From Octopus vulgaris (Eukaryota), in contig OX597837.1 of the NCBI GenBank assembly GCA_951406725.2, forward strand, positions 1,798,001-1,862,000: a DNA stretch of 64,000 nt. Direction: 5' to 3'. Below the pieces are notes generated by a model. It ran no database searches. It was not told where the DNA came from and worked only from the letters and a program-made list of their open reading frames with translations. Made by a program: the position numbers and the translations under genes. Below, piece by piece: positions 55,633 through 64,000 of the stretch. Position 1 is the first letter of the stretch; every line of letters starts with the position of its first letter.

Positions 55633-57475
55633 TTCATCATCATCATTGTTCGACCGTGTTCGAGACAATGGAATTCATTATATTACGCCAGACTTCACGG
55701 TCATTTATAGGATTACAGCGGTCCTGTTGCTGGATGCCTGTATCCCTGGAGATTACATCAGGGTAGGAGAGTGTGCGCCATCTGGTATCGCGAGCAGGTG
55801 GCTTCCAGAGGAGAAGAGTAGAAAGTACCTCGTTTTCAGCTTTACAACAATGTCCAGCAAACTGGACTCTTCTACCTTTCACGAGAGATGATACAGATGG
55901 TATTTTTTCATATATATATGTACTTTGGTTGGATGACGTTTCCACGAGACATTTTGAGCTCTCATAAGGAGGCAAGTGTAAGTTCCATCCAACTGCCTCT
56001 GAAGCTTCTTTGATAACGTCCAGGTTTCTGAGCCATACAGTAGAATTGGTTCGACTGTGACTTTGAAGATTTTAAGTTTGAAATCTCTACTTAGATTTGA
56101 TGACCAGATCTTATGCATATCATTAGAGGCTGACCAGGCCATACCCTTTCTAGTTAGAAAATCTTTTTCAGATGATGATATGTATGACCCAAGATATTTG
56201 TAATCAGAAACCATATTTAAGGGCGTATTGTTGAGAGTATGGATGATGAAATCACTGTTGGACAGGCATTTGTTTACATATTCAGTCTTGGACTCATTGC
56301 GGTAAAGACCTACACAATTTGAGGCTTGTTCAGGAGATTGTAAAAGAGACTGGGCATTGGAGAGAGAATCACTGATAAGAGCGATGTCGTCAGCAAAGTC
56401 AGTGCCTGTTAAATATTCAGCTGGGTGTCTGGAACTTCTGGGTTTTATTTCAAAGCCCTTGCCAGAAATGGTATCAACTGACATACGTAGCACATAGTCA
56501 ACGACAATGATGAAGAGAAATGTGGCGAGTGTGTCTCCCTGCAGTTTTCCGGCTTTGATTGAGAAAGATGATGTTTCTCCATCAGGTGTTAAGATGGTTG
56601 AAGACGTATCTATGTAGAGGACTTTGATGGCAGAAATGATTCTGGATTTCAAACATCTTGTACCTATCTACAGAGTCGAACGCTTTAGAAAAGTTTACAA
56701 ACACCATTGTAAGATCGCGATTAAATGCTTTTGATTCTTCAATAAGTCTACGTAGACATAGTATTTGGCTCAACGTTGAGCGCCCATGTCTGAATCCATT
56801 CTGGTTCTTTCGGAGCAAAGGTTCAACAAAAAGGACGAAACGGTTTAGAATCAGTTTGTTGTACAATTTTGCAGCAATTGACATTAGAGATATACCCCTG
56901 TAGTTGGTGACGAGGGATAAATCGCCTTCTTTGGGTATTGGGATGATTTGAGATTGGTGCCAAATCTTTGGAGCTATAAAAGTGGGAAGTGTGTGGTTGC
57001 AAAGAATGAGCAAAAGTACGTGAAATCTATCATCCTTCCAAATTATAGCTGGGATATTGTCGGGACCAAATGCTTTCGAGGCTTTCAGTTATTTAGTGGC
57101 TGCTGTTAGTTCAAATATGGTAAAAGGGGGAGGTGTTGATGTCCAGCGTATTTGATATAGGCACACTTGGAAGAGTGGGGTTATCAGGGATGTTGGCATT
57201 CTTTCCAAGGTTTTTAAATTGAATTGACCAATTTTCTAAACGCTTCTTAGCTGATCCCCCTTTAATTCTAATTGATGACCCAGAATTTTTGCCTGATAGG
57301 ACTTTGATGGATTTCCAGGCAAGATGGTATTTTTTTACTAATGTGCTCTTTGGATAGTTTGCTAATTTTGCCGTTGATAAATTCGACCTCGGCGTTCAAG
57401 TAAGCATCATCAAGATTCTTGGTAGTTATGAGTTGAATCTTCAGTGACTGGGATGGAGAACGGTGGTAAGTATTT
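55633..57475 (-). mobile_element. 5'-truncated RTE-clade LINE (reverse transcriptase pseudogene), antisense in intron B-C
   Basis: Frameshifted ORFs with RT motifs NYRGISLMSIAAKLYNKLILNR, QNGFRHGRST, FSKAFDSV, LQGDTLA, DFADDIAL, YKYLGS and ILLYGSETW. (TGA)n tail at about 55634-55647. Confidence 0.93.
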
Positions 57476-57480
57476 ATGAT

Positions 57481-57529
<49 letters not shown>

Positions 57530-57588
57530 GAAACAGACAGACAGACAGATAGGCAGACATACAGACAGACAGACAGACAGATAGATAT

Positions 57589-57665
<77 letters not shown>

Positions 57666-57743
57666 TTATAAAATTTATTCTTCAAAGATGGCCAAATGTT
57701 TCATTCCAGTGAAACATTTTGTATAAGAAATTTGAATATATAA

Positions 57744-57944
57744 GGCGGTGAGCTGGCAGAAACGTTAGCACGCCGGGCGAAATGCTTTGCGGTATTTCGT
57801 CTGCCGCTCCGTTCTGAGTGCAAATTTCACTGAGGTCGACTTTGCCTTTCATCCTTTCGGGGTCGATTAAATAAGTACCAGTTACGCACTGGGGTCGATG
57901 TAATCGACTTAATCCGTTTGTCTGTCCTTGTTTGTCCCCTCTGT
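57744..57944 (+). mobile_element. SINE family 1, near-intact copy
   Basis: GGCGGTGAGCTGGCAGAAACGTTAGCACGCCGGGCGAAATGC...GGTCGACTTTGCCTTTCATCCTTTCGGGGTCGA. Confidence 0.9.
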
Positions 57945-58006
57945 ACAAAATAAAAAAAACCGCGGTGCATCAGCATGGCCGCAGCTCTGAGCTGAAACTA
58001 AAAAGA

Positions 58007-58055
<49 letters not shown>

Positions 58056-58239
58056 TAAATATTAGGGAATAAATCCAAATTTACAGGGAAAAATCAGATT
58101 TAGGACTGAATCTCCAATTTTATAGTAAAATATTATACAATATTAATTAGAGACAAAACCACTATTATGCAAATCAAACAAAGAATGACTTAATCCAATG
58201 CATAAAAAATTTTATATAAATTAAATAAAATTAAATTCG

Positions 58240-58285
58240 CCACTACAATTGTTTCGTGTCTCTTCTAAGGACATTCAACAGGTGG
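58240..58285 (-). ncRNA. Type I minimal hammerhead ribozyme motif, one core substitution
   Basis: Minus strand CCAC CTGTTGA A-TGTC-CTTAGAAGA-GACA-C GAA ACAATTGT A GTGG. Perfect palindromic stem III, 4-bp stems I and II, GUA triplet. A6 changed to U. Confidence 0.72.
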
Positions 58286-58537
58286 TATTCAGATCTTCTA
58301 TTCAATTTTAAGTTATATATATATTTAAGCGAACAGATGGGCTGAACTATTCTGAAAACATTTCATTTTCACTATTTCAAAATGAAAGGTTAAAACATAA
58401 ATAATCGTTTGCAAATATTAAACTGCACAAAGACCATCATACATTAATAGACTGTAAAGAGTTGTGTGGAGAATCTATGGTAATGTAGAAATTGGGGGAT
58501 AATAGAGTAATGCAGTGAGAGGAAGACCAGGAGGCTT

Positions 58538-58576
<39 letters not shown>

Positions 58577-59411
58577 GAGGAGTATTTGTATGGAATGTTA
58601 ACGAAGAATATTGGCGCGAGAGAGGAGAATTGCTAAAAGTAGCTGAGTTAGTGATGGTGGCATGCGGACATCGTGAAATGAACGATACGTAATGATAACG
58701 AATGTGAACAGACAGAATGAATTCGTTACGCTTCACGTATGTTCTGGTCCCATTGTTGAGTGAAGAATGGCCGGCTTGTCATTGGAAGGAACTTTATTTA
58801 TCAATGTTGACTACTGCCGATCAAATCAAGATATTTATATTCAGCTACATTGGGTATTTCTTTCGTTTGCTAAAACCAATTACACATACACACACAACGA
58901 TTTATGGTACGAATATATGGATCATCTTGCCCGAAGAACTGAATGGTGAATTAACATATTTGATAATTAAAATTATGTCATTTAAGTCATATAACATTCA
59001 TTAATATATCGTGTGAAAATAAATTACCATGCCATGGAAACATTTGTAACATGAATTATAAATTTAATTACGCGCGCATACAAGAACATACACACACACA
59101 TAAACGTACATCTGCAGCCGCGTGACCCACTGTTTAGTGTTTGGAGTTCACGATGAACAATGTTGCGATTTCGATTCCAAGATCGAGTGAAACGTCATAT
59201 CCTTAAACAAGCCACTTCACTTCGCGTTGTTCCGTCCTATTAAATTGAAATCCGTATAAGACAAGTGCGTGAAGCTCTTTCTTGTTCAAACTCTCTCACA
59301 TTCTGGATGCTGTGTCGCGCCAGTAGTATGATTTGCCGAGGGGGTGTCTATGCCTGATCTCGAAGACGTAGGTATCTAAAACAACGAAATCATAGACGAT
59401 GCTCGTGAATC

Positions 59412-59473
<62 letters not shown>

Positions 59474-59652
59474 ACATTTGCCCACATTACATTCACTTGT
59501 GCATGTCTTACATACCAAATATTGAACTGTAATATCGCTGTTTCATTGTTCTATTGAAGCCATCCGCATTTATAAGTGTTTCTCAACCGAAGGTTTCTAC
59601 CCTCACCGCTTACTCTCCACTTCTATTCCTCTTTCTTTTTTTTTATTTTCAG

Positions 59653-59797
59653 TGTACGTAATCAGCAATAATGTGAAAGCAAGGGTAACCACTGCAGATA
59701 TCCCAGCAACCAACGGTGTTCTACATATCATAGACCAAGTGCTGGCTTTTCCCTATAAATCGGTGGCAGAAACAATGGCTGACACGGCATACCTCAG
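59653..59797 (+). CDS. Internal coding exon C of the FAS1-domain protein
   Basis: Long pyrimidine tract ending ttcag|, donor AG|gtaaat. T+TG gives Leu, then [47 protein letters not shown], containing the FAS1 H2 motif [16 protein letters not shown]. Ends phase 2. Confidence 0.93.
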
Positions 59798-59896
59798 GTA
59801 AATCAACTACACACTCTCATCGTAATATTATCCATACAACTACGTGTATAAGTATACATGGGTGTATGCAAATATATATGTGTGTGTGTGTGTATG

Positions 59897-59999
<103 letters not shown>

Positions 60000-60177
60000 G
60001 TATGTATATATTCTCATTCTCACACTCTCTCTGTATAAATTTCGGCATGTAGTATTGTTTCCACTTACCTGGTGGTGACACCGTAATGAGGAAGTGACTT
60101 AATAAGAAAGCCAATAACAGGCCTCAAGTGAGGACTATTATTATTATTATTATGATTATTCGTAGTAGTCTTAAGAA

Positions 60178-60580
60178 GGCGAGCTGCCAGAATCGTTAGT
60201 GTATCGGGCAAAATGCTTGTCAGCTTTTCTTCCGGCTGTTTACGTTCTAAGTTCAAATTCCGCGTTGGTCGAACCTTTCAGGGTCAATGTAATCGATTAT
60301 ATCCTCCCTCAACCAAATTTTAGGCCTTGCGCCTATAAATACAAAATCATTATTATTATTATTATTGTGGTGGTGGTGGTTTTGGTGAACTAGCTGAATC
60401 GTACTCGCGCCGGACCAAATGCTTAGCGGCATTTCGGCCGTCTTTATATTCTGAGTTCATATTCAGCTGAGGTCCACTTTGCCTTTCATCCTTCGAGGTC
60501 GATAGAATTCATACCAGTTGAACACTGGGGTCGATGTAATCGACTTAAACTTTTGACCCAAAATTGCGGGCTTTGCGTCA
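60178..60580 (+). mobile_element. Two degenerate SINE family 1 copies
   Basis: Family 1 motifs at about 60178-60345 and 60385-60580. Confidence 0.75.
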
Positions 60581-61139
60581 AAATACGAATAGATGCAGCA
60601 CGGAATTTTGCCAGTGAAGAGGTCACGGTTTCAAAGCGACGAAAATATTTTGGCAAAATAAATTTAAATGTTGAAGTGAATGTAACGGTTTTTGTGTTTC
60701 TGTGTGTGTGTGTGTGTGTGTGTTTTAAATGGCGTATAAGCACCTTCCACGCTGCAATTATTTTTGTTTCAGCACACAATCTCAGATCAGATCACTTGCT
60801 ATGCAAGTACATCTCCGTAATTCTCTTTATTATTATAAGGGAGAAATTACTGTAAACGCTTAACCCTGATATGTAAAAAATTGAACCTCGGCATAAATAG
60901 AACCGGTCTTACATACTGGGTGGCCGGTATCAATTATTCACATCGTCAACATAGTTTTTTTTAATATTTGTTGACATATAGAGAGAAGGAGAAGAGAGAG
61001 AGACACAGAGAGACACTGTCAACGAGAGAGACAAGGGGACAGTGAGTAGGAGAGTGAAATATTCATCATTTCATTAAAATTTTTTCCATCTCCGAGTTGA
61101 AGAAGATCAGAAGTTCCTTAAACTTTTATCGTACTCTCT

Positions 61140-61385
61140 ATCTATCCGCTCAGTCGAAGTCGACACTCGGATACTCGTTGGATCAGTATTCTCCAGTCAG
61201 TTCTATCCTGGGTCGCCTCTTTCAGATTGGCTATGTCCATTCCCGTGTCACTCTTGATGGTGCCAAGCCAGCGGGTTCTTGGTCGGCCTCTTCCTCTCTT
61301 GCCACTGACCATTCCGAGCATGATGTGCTTCTCCAGGGATTTTCTCTGCATAATATGACTGTTTTGGCTTGATCCGGCCAAAGAC
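61140..61385 (-). mobile_element. RTE/BovB-like LINE 3' end fragment
   Basis: HIMQRKSLEKHIMLGMVSGKRGRGRPRTRWLGTIKSDTGMDIANLKEATQDRTDWR matches the characteristic RTE C-terminus. Confidence 0.85.
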
Positions 61386-61449
61386 TTCTACATCGAGCAT
61401 TTTTTTTACCTTTTCAAACAATGAATATGCTACAAAAACGAAAATATTC

Positions 61450-61635
61450 ATTTCTATAGGCACAAGGTCTGAAATTTTGGAGGAGGGGGCTCCAGCATGG
61501 TACCTGCATAATTTGTACTTAGTTTTATCGACCCCGACAGGATGGAAGGCGAAGTCAACTTCGGCGGAATTTGAACTCAGAACACGAGGACAGGAAATAT
61601 TTGCCCGACGTACTTACGATTTTGCTAACTCGCCT
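61450..61635 (-). mobile_element. SINE family 1, degenerate
   Basis: TCGACCCCGACAGGATGGAAGGCGAAGTCAACTTCGGCGGAATTTGAACTCAGAAC. Confidence 0.72.
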
Positions 61636-63141
61636 ACAAATTGAAAATATTTATAAGAAAGTCATATTGGAAAGTCGTATGTAAGGGCGTTGGATCGGCT
61701 GAATGGGTAGAACGTCGCATAAATATATTGCGGCGTATAGTTATTAATTCTGGTTTCAAATATCAGCCTCGTCTAATTTAGGTTTTATTCTGCCGGGTCT
61801 ATAAAATTAAGTAGCTGTCAAACTGACGCAACGAATTCTAATGGCCCCAGTAAATTCTGCTTTTACTGAGACGCAGGATGATCTTCCAAAAACTAAAACT
61901 GCCAATCTGAAGTTTTACTCTCTTGTTCTTTCTGAAAATCCACCTTTGTAAAATGGAAAGTTAATGTTTTTTCTTAGATGAAACTATATATCTATCTTTT
62001 GTCCTTGCAATCAGGTTGTCATCTTCTAGACTGGATCAAAGATGGCTGCCCTGGTCACGTGACAGCAGTCCCACAGAAAATTTTCTTCTTTTTTAAATCC
62101 TATTGACTCATAGCAACCTAAAAATACGTGAATCATGACAGTAAAGTTGTATTGTAATTTTTCTGTTTTTGTTTCCTTTTGCGAGAAATTGGCCATCTTC
62201 AGTTCTCAAAGAGAACCATTGCTGTTTAGTAGTTATGATACTTCCACCAGACAGAGAATGATAAGTTTAATAAATCAATAATTTATGTTGTATGGTATTT
62301 GATATACCTGTATTTGTCTATCTCACTGTCTGATTGTTCTCTCTCTCTCCCTCACACACACACACACACACAATCTTTGATCTTTTGTAGGGGAAGACAA
62401 GTTTTGCACTTGCGTTTGAGGATAATACCTAATATATTAAAAACAGTGCACACACACACATAAACACATGCACGTGCGTGTGCATATATATATATATATC
62501 TGTTTGTGTGTATGTGAGTGTAAAATCAAAAGTGATACATCATTGTTGATATATCATGATATCAAACTGACAGCCAGGTGAAATTCATAGCATATAAGAT
62601 GATAACCTGATTCTCTTGTATCAATTTCATCCCTCACCTCCTCTAACTTTCACTCCTTTCATCTCTGTCTCTCCTACCACCTCTTTCTATCTATCTATCC
62701 TCTCTTCTCCCTCCCTCTATAACATGTGGTTCGTGTATTATCCGCATCTTTCGCTTCTTGAGCAATTTCTGCTTCAACGTGTTAACGTGTTTGTATTGGA
62801 TGTGCTGTGTGTGCGTCTAGAAGATTATATATATATGTGTGTAAGTGTGTATTGGATGCGTGTGGGTGTTGGATGTGCTGAGTATGCATGTAGAAGATTA
62901 TATATATGTGTGTGTATGTATACATATACATATATATATATATGGATATATATGTATATACATGTAATATACACGTATGTATATATGTGTGTGTATATAT
63001 ACATATATACGTATGTATATAAATATGTGTGTGTATGTATATATCTATATGCGTGTGTCTGCGTGTGAGTATATATATGTGTGTGCATATATACATATTT
63101 ATATGCGTATATGTAGATATATGCGTGTGTGTGCGTGAGTA

Positions 63142-63505
63142 TCTCTCTCTATATAAACGGCAGTTTGTCTGTGCGTGTTTCTGTGTGTCTGTTTTCTTGT
63201 ACCTCACCCTGACCACAGCTTTCAACCGATTCTGATGAAACTTGACACACATAGCCAATGTCATAATTCAAAACTAACGCAGCGAAAATTTTGAAAAGTT
63301 ATGAAAAATCGATAAATTCGACATGGGGTCGAGAAAACGAAACACAAACCGCAAACTGTCTAGGGACGCAACTCCACCTTTTTTAACTAAAAAAAATTTA
63401 CCATCATTTTTTCCATCTTTTGGCTATTTTTTGGCTATAACTCTCTAAAAATGCTTTATAGTTATTTCCCTTACAAACCTGAGCAACGCCGGGCGATACT
63501 GCTAG
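63142..63505 (+). mobile_element. Non-autonomous Helitron
   Basis: A|TC 5' end, subterminal GC-rich hairpin CCTGAGCAACGCCGGG, and CTAG|T 3' end. No target-site duplication. Confidence 0.75.
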
Positions 63506-63881
63506 TATATATATATGTATATGTGTGAATGTTAGTATATATATGTGTGTGTGTGTATATCTATATGTATATATATATATATATGTATGTATGTATATAT
63601 GTATGTATGTATGTATGTATTTCCTGCATACAAGTAGGTGTATAAATATATTTTTATACACATGACCATAGATAGGTAGCTGATCGAGGTTTAGTTTGAG
63701 TTAACAAACGACACCGCACGCGCGTGCGCGCGCGCGTGTGTGTGTGTCTTTGCATCTCTGCACGCACCTGTGTTTACCTGTACAGGCGTGTATCTGTATC
63801 TGTATGACTGCGTAACACGAGAATATATTTGCAATTATTTAAAGTTACAAGATTATCACCGAAATCAAAACAAATAATAAA

Positions 63882-63933
<52 letters not shown>

Positions 63934-64000
63934 GGAAGCCAATAGTAGAAAACAGAAAACAAAAATATAACAACTACAATACAATGCAAAAACCAAACCA

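Overview
AT-rich, microsatellite-dense animal genomic DNA. The SINE families are recognised from memory as octopus-type, so the source is probably an Octopus genome (not verified). Nearly all supplied ORFs are translations of simple repeats. The only host coding sequence found is three + strand exons (41797-41950, 44771-44885, 59653-59797). They splice in frame into 138 codons, about one fasciclin (FAS1) domain of a multi-FAS1 adhesion/ECM gene that extends beyond what is identifiable here. The rest is intronic or intergenic DNA filled with tRNA-derived SINEs, RTE LINE fragments, an internally deleted R4/Dong-like retroelement, mariner derivatives, a non-autonomous Helitron and Penelope-like remnants. 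The most striking signal is at least six sequence-unrelated type I hammerhead ribozyme motifs. The best preserved (2036-2087, - strand) lies in an element with a 561-nt repeat period whose inverted segment starts exactly at the predicted self-cleavage site. The R4/Dong-like element also has a pseudoknotted 5' leader with HDV-ribozyme-like topology. All calls are by eye; no searches or folding programs were run.
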